Positions 7,415 through 16,532 of a stretch of DNA of 64,000 nt are shown here, piece after piece. Source of the DNA: Candidatus Bipolaricaulota bacterium (lineage in GTDB: Bacteria > Bipolaricaulota > Bipolaricaulia > UBA7950 > UBA9294); NCBI GenBank assembly GCA_040752575.1, contig JBFMGK010000003.1, positions 64,001 to 128,000 of the forward strand, in the 5' to 3' direction. A program made the position numbers and the translations under genes. Each line of letters begins with the position of its first letter. Within the stretch, counting starts at the first letter, position 1. The notes under the pieces are model-generated. The model was not told where the DNA came from and searched no databases. It saw only the letters and a list, made by a program, of their open reading frames with translations.

Positions 7415-9352
7415 ATGGTGCGATTGACGCTGCCCGACGGGTCGGTGCGCGAGGTTCCGGCGGGGACTTCGATACTGGAGATTGCCGAGGCGATCGGTCC
7501 ACGGCTTGCTCAGGCTTCGGTGTGCGCGCGCCTCAACGGCGAACTCGCCGACCTGCGTCAGCCGGTCCTCGCGGATGGGACGCTGTCGCTTTGCGTTGCC
7601 GGCACACCCGACGCCCTCGAGACGCTCCGACACACGGCGAGCCACGTCCTCGCACAGGCGGTCAAGCGGCGGTTCCCCGAAGCGAAACTCGGCATCGGGC
7701 CGGCGATCGACGACGGGTTCTACTATGACATCGACCGGCCGGGTGGGTTCGCCGAAGACGATCTGGGCAAGCTCTCTGCCGAGATGGAGACGATCGTCGC
7801 CGCGAACTTGCCCATCTCCCGACGCGACCTCGCCAAGGACGACGCACGGGCCTTGTTCGCGGCGCGAGGGGAAAGCTACAAGCTTGAACTCCTCGACGAC
7901 ATCGAAGGCGAGACGGTCAGCGTATTCGAGCAAGGGGAGTTCATCGACCTCTGTCGCGGGCCGCACCTGCGGTCGACCGGCGCTCTACGATCCGATGCGT
8001 TTCGGCTGACCTCGATTGCCGGAGCCTACTGGCGCGGCGACGAAAAGCGCCCGATGCTGCAGCGCATCTACGGGACGGCCTGGGAGAGCAAGAAAGACCT
8101 CGACGCGCACCTGTGGCGGCTCGAAGAGGCAGCCAAGCGCGACCACCGCAAGCTGGGCAAGGATCTCGACCTGTTCAGCATCCACGACGCCGGCGGAGCC
8201 GGCCTCATCTGCTGGCACCCCAAGGGAGCGCGCCTGCGGCGGACCCTCGAGGAGTTCTGGTACGCCGAACACGACAAGAACGGCTACGAGATCGTCACCA
8301 CGCCGCACATCGGCAAAGGCGACCTGTGGGCGATCAGCGGACACCTCGACTTCTATCGCGAGAACATGTACTCGCCGATGGACATCGACGGCGTCGACTA
8401 CTACGTCAAGCCGATGAACTGCCCCTACCAAATCCTGATCTACAAGACGCGCGGGCACTCCTACCGCGAGCTTCCGCTGCGCTTGGCGGAGCTGGGAACC
8501 GTCTACCGCTATGAGCGTTCCGGCGTACTGCACGGCCTTCTCCGCGTGCGCGGGTTCACCATCGACGATGCGCACATCATCTGCCGCCCCGATCAGGTCG
8601 ACGATGAGATCCGCGGCGTCTACGACTTCAGCATCGCCATGCTGTCGGCGTTCGGGTTCAGGGACTTCGACATCTACCTTGCGACCCGACCCCACGAGGG
8701 CAAGGCGGTCGGCGAGCCCGAAGCCTGGGAGCAGGCGACGGCTGCCCTCCGTGCGGCGCTCGATGCGCATGGCTTGCCGTACAAGGTCGATGACGGCGGC
8801 GGAGCGTTCTACGGCCCGAAGATCGACATCAAGGTGAAGGACACGCTGGGCCGGCCGTGGCAGTGCTCGACGATCCAGTTCGACTTCAACCTTCCCGAGC
8901 GGTTCGACATGACGTACATCGCCGAGGATGGGACAGCGCGGCGTCCCTACGTCGTCCACCGTGCGCTTCTGGGCAGTCTCGAGCGGTTCATCGGCTGCCT
9001 CATCGAGCACTACGGCGGAGCGTTCCCCCCCTGGCTTGCGCCGACCCAGGTTGTCGTCATCCCGATTGCCGATCGGCACGTGGAGGCTGTCCGCGACATC
9101 GTCAAGACCCTGCGTGCCGCGGGGCTCCGTGCGGTCGCCGACGAGTCCGGCGAACGCATGAACGCGAAGATCCGCGAAGCCCAGCTTCAGAAGGTCCCCT
9201 ACATGCTTGTTGTCGGAGATCGCGAGGCGGCGGCCGGCGCGGCGTCGGTACGGCTTCGTACCGGTGAAGACAAGGGAGCCGTTCCTCTCGAGTCGTTCAT
9301 CGCGGCCGCCCGCCGGCAGATCGACGGCAAGCAGGCCGAGCTCTGGCCTTAG
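7415..9352 (+). CDS. thrS: Threonine--tRNA ligase
   Basis: TGS domain, RHTASH and DLCRGPH editing motifs, KPMNCP, YRYERSG, GLLRVRGFT, AFYGPKID, HRALLGSLERF. Confidence 0.98.
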   Translation: MVRLTLPDGSVREVPAGTSILEIAEAIGPRLAQASVCARLNGELADLRQPVLADGTLSLCVAGTPDALETLRHTASHVLAQAVKRRFPEAKLGIGPAIDDGFYYDIDRPGGFAEDDLGKLSAEMETIVAANLPISRRDLAKDDARALFAARGESYKLELLDDIEGETVSVFEQGEFIDLCRGPHLRSTGALRSDAFRLTSIAGAYWRGDEKRPMLQRIYGTAWESKKDLDAHLWRLEEAAKRDHRKLGKDLDLFSIHDAGGAGLICWHPKGARLRRTLEEFWYAEHDKNGYEIVTTPHIGKGDLWAISGHLDFYRENMYSPMDIDGVDYYVKPMNCPYQILIYKTRGHSYRELPLRLAELGTVYRYERSGVLHGLLRVRGFTIDDAHIICRPDQVDDEIRGVYDFSIAMLSAFGFRDFDIYLATRPHEGKAVGEPEAWEQATAALRAALDAHGLPYKVDDGGGAFYGPKIDIKVKDTLGRPWQCSTIQFDFNLPERFDMTYIAEDGTARRPYVVHRALLGSLERFIGCLIEHYGGAFPPWLAPTQVVVIPIADRHVEAVRDIVKTLRAAGLRAVADESGERMNAKIREAQLQKVPYMLVVGDREAAAGAASVRLRTGEDKGAVPLESFIAAARRQIDGKQAELWP

Positions 9353-9362
9353 GCTGCTGCGG

Positions 9363-10547
9363 TCAGGAAGCCCAACGCAACAGGGCGTCGGCGCGATCGC
9401 TGCGCTCCCAGGGCAGATCGAGATCGTCACGGCCGAAGTGCCCGTAGGCCGATAGCGGCTCATAGATCGGCCGCAGGAGGTCGAGCGAGCGCTCGATCGC
9501 CAAGGGACGGAAGTCGAAGACTTCAAGGACCGCGTCGCGCAGACGGGCCTCGTCGACCTGACCGGTGCCGCGCGTGTCGATGTCCACCGCAAGAGGCTGC
9601 GCCCGCCCGATGGCGTAGGAGACCTCGACGACGACCTCGCGTGCCAACCCGGCAGCGACGAGGTTCTTGGCCACATAGCGGGCCATGTACGCCCCGCTGC
9701 GGTCGACCTTTGTCGGGTCTTTCCCCGAGAAGGCTCCGCCGCCGTGCGGCGCGAAGCCGCCATAGGTATCAACGATGATCTTGCGTCCGGTCATTCCCGA
9801 GTCGGACGCGGGGCCGCCGATCTCGAATCTCCCGGAGGTGTTGACGAGCACATGGGTCTTGGCGTCCAGCCAGTCTCCCAGAACCGGCCGGACGACGTCC
9901 TCGCGGACCGCCTCCTCGATTTTCTTCTGAGGAACACCCGGCGCGTGCTGCGCGGCGATCAGAACCGTGTCCACGCGGACGGGCCGTCCACCCTCGTACT
10001 CGACGGTCACCTGCGACTTCCCGTCCGGGCGCAGAAACGCGACGATCCCTTGCTTGCGCACCGCGGCGAGTCGCTCGACCAAGCGATGTGCGAGGTGGAT
10101 GGGCAGCGGCATTTGCGAGACCCCATCGTCGCGCGCATAGCCGAAGACAATGCCCTGATCCCCCGCTCCGCGAGCGTCGAGAGGGTCGGTCGATCCTTCG
10201 CGAGCTTCGAGCGATCGGCCGACGGCTCCGGCGATGTCCGGCGACTGCGCCTTGATCGCCGAGAGGACTGCGCAGTCCTGGAAGTGAAACCCCAACTCGG
10301 GGCGGTCGTAGCCGATGTCGGCCAACACGCGCCGGACGAGCGTCGGAACATCGACGTAGCCCTTTGTTGTGATCTCCCCGCCCACGACGACAAGGCCCGT
10401 CGTGAGGAAGGTCTCGCAGGCAACGTGCGCTGCCGTGTCCTCTGCGAGAAGGGCGTCGAGCACGGCGTCCGAGATCCGATCGGCAATCTTGTCCGGATGT
10501 CCCTCGGTGACCGACTCGGACGTCCGCAAGGTCTTTCGCGGCTTCAT
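9363..10547 (-). CDS. metK: S-adenosylmethionine synthetase
   Basis: [57 protein letters not shown]. Confidence 0.98.
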   Translation of the reverse strand: MKPRKTLRTSESVTEGHPDKIADRISDAVLDALLAEDTAAHVACETFLTTGLVVVGGEITTKGYVDVPTLVRRVLADIGYDRPELGFHFQDCAVLSAIKAQSPDIAGAVGRSLEAREGSTDPLDARGAGDQGIVFGYARDDGVSQMPLPIHLAHRLVERLAAVRKQGIVAFLRPDGKSQVTVEYEGGRPVRVDTVLIAAQHAPGVPQKKIEEAVREDVVRPVLGDWLDAKTHVLVNTSGRFEIGGPASDSGMTGRKIIVDTYGGFAPHGGGAFSGKDPTKVDRSGAYMARYVAKNLVAAGLAREVVVEVSYAIGRAQPLAVDIDTRGTGQVDEARLRDAVLEVFDFRPLAIERSLDLLRPIYEPLSAYGHFGRDDLDLPWERSDRADALLRWAS

Positions 10548-10556
10548 GATGGTCTA

Positions 10557-10617
10557 AGCGTAGTCCTGCTCTTAGGCCGGCGCAACGTTTGCCGCCCTGC
10601 GCCGCGGGAGCTACGAT
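10557..10617. promoter_or_regulatory. Back-to-back divergent promoters for metK (-) and larA (+)
   Basis: Minus strand TTGCGC-17-TACGCT (10585-10557); plus strand TTGCCG-17-TACGAT (10589-10617). Confidence 0.5.
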
Positions 10618-10641
10618 GCTGTTCCCGAAAGGGAGGAGAGC

Positions 10642-11934
10642 GTGGCGAACTTCGAGCTGGCCTACGGTCGAGGCTTCGTGAGTTTGGAGGTCCCCGACCG
10701 GAACCTCGCCGCCGTCCTCGAGCCCCGCGCGATGCCCACCGTCGAACTGCGTCAAGCATTCCGGGCTGCCTGGGATTCTCCGCACGGGATGATCGATCCG
10801 GCCTCAACGCTTCGGCGTGGGGCGAGTCTTGTCTTTGTCGTCACCGATCATACGCGGCGAACCCCGACGCGCGACGTCTTCCCGCTCGTCTGGGAACGTC
10901 TGGTGGACGTGGTAGAGCCACAAGACGTCACGCTCCTCGTCGGCACCGGAACGCACCGCGCATCGACCGATGAGGAGCTGGAACGAATGCTCGGCGACGT
11001 GCGGCGGCAGTTTCGCGTTGTCCAGCACGATTGCGATGGAGATGTGGTCGAGGTCGGACGGAGTCGACGCGGTACGCCGATCCTTGTGAATCGCCTTGTG
11101 GCCGAGGCCGATCACGTAGTGACCCTCGGTCACGTCGGCATGCACTACTACGCCGGCTACTCCGGCGGTCGGAAGAACATCCTGCCGGGCGTTGCCGCGC
11201 GGGCAACGATCGAGGCGAACCACGCCCAGCTTTCCGATCCGCAAAGCCGTGCCTGCGTCTACCAGGGCAACCCGGTCAGCGACGAGATGGTTGAAGCCGC
11301 ACAGATGGTGCGGATGGCCTTCCTGGTCGACGTGGTGCTCGACGCCAGCGGTGCGGTGGCCAAAGTCGTCGTCGGCGAGCCCGAGGCCGCGCACGCCGAG
11401 GCGCGCCGATTCTGGGACGCACACGCCAAGGTCCGGCTGGAAGGGCGCGCCGACGTAGTTATCGCCTCGGCCGGAGGGCATCCCAAGGACATCGACCTGT
11501 ATCAAGCGCACAAGGCCGAGTACATGGCGGCCTGCGCGACGCGCGATGGGGGAATCGTCGCTCTGGCGGCCTCGTGCCCGGATGGAATTGGCAACAAGGT
11601 GTTTCGAGACTGGATCGAGAGAAGCGAGCGACCGGAAGATGTCGAGCGCTTGCTTGCCTCGGAGGGCTTCAAGCTTGGCGGCCACAAAGCCGTCTACTTG
11701 GCGCGCGACGCGCGTCGCATCGACGTATGCCTAAGGTCCGAGCTGGATCCGAGAACCGTACGGCGCTTCTTCGTCCATCCGGTCGAAGATCTCGCGGAGG
11801 TGCTGAAGATGGCTCGTCGGCGATTCGGCGAGGACTACCGGGCGGTCGTGATGCCGCACGCTGGCGACGTCTTCCCGGTTTGCAGCGAGGCCGCCGCTTG
11901 TGGCTCGGGACACGGGGAAGGGGAGGTCGGATGA
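10642..11934 (+). CDS. larA: Nickel-pincer-dependent lactate racemase family protein (LarA)
   Basis: DHTR, GTGTHR, HDC, HYYAGYSGGRK, ANH, SAGGHPKDIDLYQAHK; substrate not certain. Confidence 0.85.
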   Translation: MANFELAYGRGFVSLEVPDRNLAAVLEPRAMPTVELRQAFRAAWDSPHGMIDPASTLRRGASLVFVVTDHTRRTPTRDVFPLVWERLVDVVEPQDVTLLVGTGTHRASTDEELERMLGDVRRQFRVVQHDCDGDVVEVGRSRRGTPILVNRLVAEADHVVTLGHVGMHYYAGYSGGRKNILPGVAARATIEANHAQLSDPQSRACVYQGNPVSDEMVEAAQMVRMAFLVDVVLDASGAVAKVVVGEPEAAHAEARRFWDAHAKVRLEGRADVVIASAGGHPKDIDLYQAHKAEYMAACATRDGGIVALAASCPDGIGNKVFRDWIERSERPEDVERLLASEGFKLGGHKAVYLARDARRIDVCLRSELDPRTVRRFFVHPVEDLAEVLKMARRRFGEDYRAVVMPHAGDVFPVCSEAAACGSGHGEGEVG

Positions 11935-12419
11935 CGCCGATTGAAGAGGCCGTACGACGCGAAGAGGAGGCGAGGAAGACCTACGCCGAAGCAGCGGCGC
12001 GTGTTCGTGATGTGGGCGCGCGGAAGATCCTCACGCTCCTCGCCGAGCAGGAAGCCGAGCATGCAAAGGCCCTGCGCGCCGTAGCGAAGCGAAGTGCACC
12101 GGCGGACGAGGGTCTTGTCGCAGAGGCCCGCACGTGGATTCAGAGCGCGATCGAGGGAGGGGCGTTGAGGATCTCGGAAGATGCCGAATTGCTTGAGATC
12201 CTGCGGCGTGCCTCGGATCTAGAACGAAAGACCGAGGCGTTCTATCGAGAGCAGGCACGCGCCGACGAGGAGAGGAACCCGCGACACGCCGAGCTTTTTC
12301 GGGAGCTGGCCGACGCCGAACGCGGGCACTTCGTCTTCGTAACGTCCCTTGTCGACTACTTCGACCGCCCGAGCGCTTGGATCGAAGCCGCGGAGTTCGG
12401 TCTTCGTCCCGACTACTAG
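11931..12419 (+). CDS. Ferritin-like (rubrerythrin-type four-helix bundle) protein without a rubredoxin domain
   Basis: Two E..(Y)..ExxH halves (EQEAEH, DAERGH); ATG at 11931 overlaps the larA stop (ATGA) with a GGAGG RBS. Confidence 0.8.
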   Translation: MTPIEEAVRREEEARKTYAEAAARVRDVGARKILTLLAEQEAEHAKALRAVAKRSAPADEGLVAEARTWIQSAIEGGALRISEDAELLEILRRASDLERKTEAFYREQARADEERNPRHAELFRELADAERGHFVFVTSLVDYFDRPSAWIEAAEFGLRPDY

Positions 12420-12424
12420 GGACG

Positions 12425-12658
12425 CTACACGTAGACCGTCAGCGCGAGCACGAGGTGGACGAGCGCCAGGAGAAGGCCCACGCTGGCCATGAGCCGATGC
12501 GCGCCGACAGAAACGCGTCGCAGCGCCGGAATGCGCCTCTTGAGACTCGCGCTGCCCGCCGCGAGGACCATCAGGACCAGCGCGACGAGCCCGAACCAGA
12601 CAACGACGGGAAACGGTCCGAGAACTGTGCCGTACCCGAACGAGCGCAGAGCGTCCAA
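12425..12658 (-). CDS. Small two-helix membrane protein with His54/His68 in one helix (half of a ferric-reductase/cytochrome b-like domain)
   Basis: 77 aa, two hydrophobic segments, HRLMASVGLLLALVH; TTG start 2 nt after the DOMON stop, with GGAGG RBS. Confidence 0.7.
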   Translation of the reverse strand: MDALRSFGYGTVLGPFPVVVWFGLVALVLMVLAAGSASLKRRIPALRRVSVGAHRLMASVGLLLALVHLVLALTVYV

Positions 12659-12660
12659 TC

Positions 12661-13539
12661 CTATCGACCTCCGTCGAGAACGATCGAGCCCGTGGATCGT
12701 CGGGTATGGCGGCTCACGAAGTCGTCTTGCGTCGCATGGAGCGCCAGCAGGACGGTGACGTGCTGTCCCGGCTCAAGATGAGCGTCTGATGGATCGCCGG
12801 ACGCGAGCCGAAGCGAGAACTCGACGACCGACACGCCATTGGCCTCGACACCGGCGGCTTGGATGACATGGGACGTCGCATCCTTTCGATGCACCGTCTG
12901 CCCAACGCCGTAGTGGTCTTCGACGAGAACTTGTCCGCCCACGATGGCCGCGAGGAGGAAGTCGGCACCCTGCATCCGCGCCGACGGGTCCAGCCCCACC
13001 GCCATCCACCCAGTCGTGGCGGCCGAGAGACCGAGGGACAGCACCTCGGCGTCGTTCTGCCACGATAGGGTGATCCCGGTCTCGGAGTCCGTCCAGGTGT
13101 GGCGATACTCTCCGGCTTCGATGCGGCCGTCGACCCGCGGCGGCCAATCGATGTCGATCTGGGGTCCGTCGACCGGGACCTCGATCGAGCCGTCCACCAA
13201 TACGGGTCCGACGACCATTCGCCACGCTCGATCGACGGGCGGAGGATCGTAGCGCCCGTTTCCGCTGTCGTCAGCATAAAGGTCGATGCGATACGACCTT
13301 CCCGTTTCGAGGGACCCGAGATCGAGTTCAAATGGTGCCGACTCCACCTTCGGAACGTCGAACCGCGCAAGCTCGGCGAACGTCGCAGCGTCGACGACAC
13401 GCACCCCGAAGGCGTGCCCGACGAAGTCCTCCCCTTCGCCGAAACGGAGGCTGAGCGTTGCCGCGTTTGCCGCGACGGCTGCCGCAGCCAGCACAGCGAA
13501 CGTCAACGCCGCCCGCCGTCCGAATCCCCAGCGCCTCAT
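12661..13539 (-). CDS. Secreted DOMON-domain protein with an additional N-terminal beta domain
   Basis: Signal peptide MRRWGFGRRAALTFAVLAAAAVAANA after a GAGGAGG RBS; DOMON motifs GWMAVG, RMQGAD, VEDHY, VVEFS and a C-terminal His; N-domain with YADDSGNGRYD. Confidence 0.8.
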   Translation of the reverse strand: MRRWGFGRRAALTFAVLAAAAVAANAATLSLRFGEGEDFVGHAFGVRVVDAATFAELARFDVPKVESAPFELDLGSLETGRSYRIDLYADDSGNGRYDPPPVDRAWRMVVGPVLVDGSIEVPVDGPQIDIDWPPRVDGRIEAGEYRHTWTDSETGITLSWQNDAEVLSLGLSAATTGWMAVGLDPSARMQGADFLLAAIVGGQVLVEDHYGVGQTVHRKDATSHVIQAAGVEANGVSVVEFSLRLASGDPSDAHLEPGQHVTVLLALHATQDDFVSRHTRRSTGSIVLDGGR

Positions 13540-13639
13540 GCAGACCTCCTCATGGATGACAGACCCCTTACCAATACGCTCGAGCATAGACCGAGTCGCT
13601 GGCAAGGGTCAACGGCCGCCACGGCGTCGCGTGCAGGGG

Positions 13640-14218
13640 TCATCCCGCAGACGGAGTCGCATCCGTGAACGAGAACCGGTTCCAGGCGATCACGTCGGGC
13701 AACGGCCGGCGATCACGGGGCGCCGCCTCCTCCGCGCGATGCTTGTCGGACAGCTTCGATGCGTCGCCCGGCCAGCCGAGGACCACGAGGGTGATCAGCG
13801 TGTAGTCGTCGGGGATCGCCAAGGCAGCACGCGCCTCCGCGGCGCGATAACCGGCGATCGGATGCGCAACAAGTCCCATCTCCGTTGCCTGGATCATCAG
13901 CTGCGCGACGGCCAACCCGCAGCCAAACAGGTAGTACTCCCGACCGTCGGGAATGACGCAGTCCAAGTCGCGTCGCGAAGCCACGGCGATGATCGCCGGG
14001 GCAACTTGGGCCCAGTAGTTGCCTGCAGAAAGAGAGGCCTTGACCTCTTCGAGGGCCGGCGAGGCATCCGCGACGACGAATCGCCACGGCTGTCGGTTGG
14101 CGCACGAGGGGGCAAGGTGGGCCGCGGCGAGAAGCGTTTCGACGACCTCGCGAGCGATAGGTTCGGTGGAAAGCGCGCGTCGAGCGCGTCGCGCTTCGAT
14201 TGCCGGAAGAAGGTTCAT
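13640..14218 (-). CDS. Nitroreductase family protein
   Basis: AIEARRARR, AAHLAPSCANRQPWRF, QATEMGLVAHPIAG. Confidence 0.92.
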   Translation of the reverse strand: MNLLPAIEARRARRALSTEPIAREVVETLLAAAHLAPSCANRQPWRFVVADASPALEEVKASLSAGNYWAQVAPAIIAVASRRDLDCVIPDGREYYLFGCGLAVAQLMIQATEMGLVAHPIAGYRAAEARAALAIPDDYTLITLVVLGWPGDASKLSDKHRAEEAAPRDRRPLPDVIAWNRFSFTDATPSAG

Positions 14219-14278
14219 GTCGACCCTCCGAAGCTGCGGGCCACGAACACCGCGTTCGGCGCCGTGGCCCGGTGATCC

Positions 14279-14620
14279 CTAGAGCGTGAGAGACCCTTCC
14301 CACAGACCGTGCAAGTTGCAGTACTCCACGGCGACCAACTCGCTCAATCCTTCGAGGTTCGCGTGGGTGACGACGATGGGCTTCCCGTACGTCGGCCCGA
14401 GGTCGAACGTCGCGATGTGAACCGCCACGCCGTTCTTCACGCCGAACAGGGCGATCCATTTGATGTGATGCTCGACGGTGTTGGGGTGCGCGACCTCCTT
14501 GCCAACCGTGATCTTGATCGCGTTCTCGCCGCACTCCTGGCAGCTCACCCGTTCGATGGTCGGAACGTGCTTCTCTTTCCCCTCCTGGGCGCCACCCTTC
14601 ACAAGCTCTGCGAATCTCAT
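14279..14620 (-). CDS. sor: Superoxide reductase (neelaredoxin-type, 1Fe)
   Basis: EKHVP, HPNTVEHHI and YCNLHGLW ligand set; start placed at ATG 14620. Confidence 0.93.
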   Translation of the reverse strand: MRFAELVKGGAQEGKEKHVPTIERVSCQECGENAIKITVGKEVAHPNTVEHHIKWIALFGVKNGVAVHIATFDLGPTYGKPIVVTHANLEGLSELVAVEYCNLHGLWEGSLTL

Positions 14621-14652
14621 GGCAACTCCCCTTTCGCGGGCACTCGGCCCGC

Positions 14653-15156
14653 CTAGAACGTCTTGAACACGTCGCGCTTCGCCCCGCATACGGGGCAGTA
14701 CTCCGGCGCCTCACCCTCGACCGTGTAGCCACACACGGGGCAGATGTGCACCAGGCCAAGGGTCAGGTCCTTTGCCGACGCGATCTTGCTCTTGGCCTCC
14801 CGATACATCGTCTCGTGGATCTTCTCGGCTTCGAGGGCGAAGTGCGCCGATCGGACGGCCCCTTTCTCGCCCTGGAACCGCGCAGCGTTCTCGTAGACGG
14901 GGTACATCTCGGTGACCTCGTGGTTCTCGCCGGCGATGCAGGTCTCCAGATTCGCCGCCGCATCTTGCAGCTTCCCGAGCTCGCGGAAGTGATTGGTGGC
15001 ATGAACCTGCTCCGCGTACGCGATCGCTCGGAAGAGGCGCGAGAGCTGGGGTCGGCCTTCCTTCTCGGCTGCTTCGGCGAAGATCAGGTATCGCATGTGG
15101 GCCTGGCTCTCTCCTGAGAACGCGGCCTCCAGAAACTCCCGGGTCATCGCATGCAT
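14653..15156 (-). CDS. rbr: Rubrerythrin (short type) with C-terminal rubredoxin domain
   Basis: AFSGESQA, AEQVHA, EMYP, AEKIH, CPVC...CPVC. Confidence 0.93.
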   Translation of the reverse strand: MHAMTREFLEAAFSGESQAHMRYLIFAEAAEKEGRPQLSRLFRAIAYAEQVHATNHFRELGKLQDAAANLETCIAGENHEVTEMYPVYENAARFQGEKGAVRSAHFALEAEKIHETMYREAKSKIASAKDLTLGLVHICPVCGYTVEGEAPEYCPVCGAKRDVFKTF

Positions 15157-15171
15157 GAGTCCCTCCTTTGC

Positions 15172-15639
15172 CTAGCGCTGCAGTCCCTGAACGACTCGCA
15201 GGAGTTCGCCCACATCGGGGACTTCCTTCATGGGGTAGACCTTCACGAAGCGCACGATGCCGTCAGCATCCACGACGATCGCCGCACGCTCCGAGAACCC
15301 ATCCCCCTCGCGGAAGATCCCAAAGGCCTGCGCTGCGGCACCATGGGGCCAGAAGTCCGAGAGAAGCCGCGTCTTCTCGACGTGCATCGACTCGGCCCAT
15401 GCCTTCTTGGACGGCACGGGGTCCACGCTCACGCCGAGCGCGACGCACCCTGCCGTCTCGAAGGTCTCGAAGTTCATCTCGAGGGCCTCCATCTGCCGCA
15501 GACAAACGCTGGTCCACGCCAAGGGGTGAAACGAGAGCAAGACGTTCTTTCCCCGCAGCTCCGCGAGATCGACAACTCGACCATCCTGGTCCTTCAGCGA
15601 GAGCTTTGGCGCGGGGGCGCCGACGCGAATCGGACTCAT
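15172..15639 (-). CDS. Peroxiredoxin (AhpC/TSA family, AhpE-like)
   Basis: FHPLAWTSVC (PxxxTxxC), GVSVD, LLSDFWPHG, SERA; ATG 15639 overlaps the korB stop. Confidence 0.92.
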   Translation of the reverse strand: MSPIRVGAPAPKLSLKDQDGRVVDLAELRGKNVLLSFHPLAWTSVCLRQMEALEMNFETFETAGCVALGVSVDPVPSKKAWAESMHVEKTRLLSDFWPHGAAAQAFGIFREGDGFSERAAIVVDADGIVRFVKVYPMKEVPDVGELLRVVQGLQR

Positions 15640-16532
15640 CCTTTCTCCTTTGTCGGTTCCTTTCCTTCCGGGTCCACGACCCATGCTGCAAGGTGCGTCT
15701 CGATGGCTGCACGGCCGATACGCGGCATCCAGGCGAGCGGCCCGGAGCCGACCCGCTTGCGGTAAGCGGTTGCGAAGGTCGGTCGCGGTTCGGTTTCGTA
15801 GAGCACGCCGATGGCGAATCGGTCCGGAGCGTCCAGCGCCAGGCGGATCGCCGCGTCGCGTTGGGTGGGGTCGTGGTCCTCGGGGACGGCGAAGACCCGT
15901 TCGCGATACCAGTCGACGGGATGGCTTCCCCACGTGATGCACGGCTGAATCACGTCGACGAGCGACAACCCACGGTGGGCGATCGCGCGTTCGAGGATCG
16001 CGGCCAGCCCGTCCAGATCGCCGGCGAAGCCGCGCGCCACGAACGTGCAGTTGTGCACAATCGCTGTCGCCAGCATCTGCGCCGGATCGACATCGACGCC
16101 GTCGAACTGCAGGCGCGTGCGCTCGCCGAGCGGCGTGGTTGGCGACGCCTGACCTTTCGTCAGCGCGTAGATCCGGTTGTTGTGGACGATCACCGTCAGG
16201 TTGGGGTTGCGTCGGAACGCGTGGAGGAGGTGATTGCCTCCTTCGCCGTACAGGTCGCCGTCCCCCGACGTGACGATCGTCGTCATCTCAGGATTCGCCA
16301 CCTGAATGCCGATCGCGGCCGGGATCGCTCGTCCGTGGAGTCCGTTGAAGACGTGGGCGTCTACGTAGTGCGGCAGCTTCGCTGCTTGGCCGATGCCCGA
16401 CACAAGGCAGACCCGGTGGGGTGGGAGGTCAAGGCGTTCAAGCGCCCGCTTGAGCGCCGCAAGGATCCCGTAGTTCGGGCAGCCCGGGCACCACTGGTTC
16501 TCGACCGCAAGGTCGCGTTCGGGCGTCGTCAT
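15636..16532 (-). CDS. korB: 2-oxoacid:ferredoxin oxidoreductase beta subunit
   Basis: WCPGCPNYGI, SGIGQ, LHGRA, GDGD...NN TPP motif, YALTKGQASPT, QPCITW. Confidence 0.92.
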   Translation of the reverse strand: MTTPERDLAVENQWCPGCPNYGILAALKRALERLDLPPHRVCLVSGIGQAAKLPHYVDAHVFNGLHGRAIPAAIGIQVANPEMTTIVTSGDGDLYGEGGNHLLHAFRRNPNLTVIVHNNRIYALTKGQASPTTPLGERTRLQFDGVDVDPAQMLATAIVHNCTFVARGFAGDLDGLAAILERAIAHRGLSLVDVIQPCITWGSHPVDWYRERVFAVPEDHDPTQRDAAIRLALDAPDRFAIGVLYETEPRPTFATAYRKRVGSGPLAWMPRIGRAAIETHLAAWVVDPEGKEPTKEKG

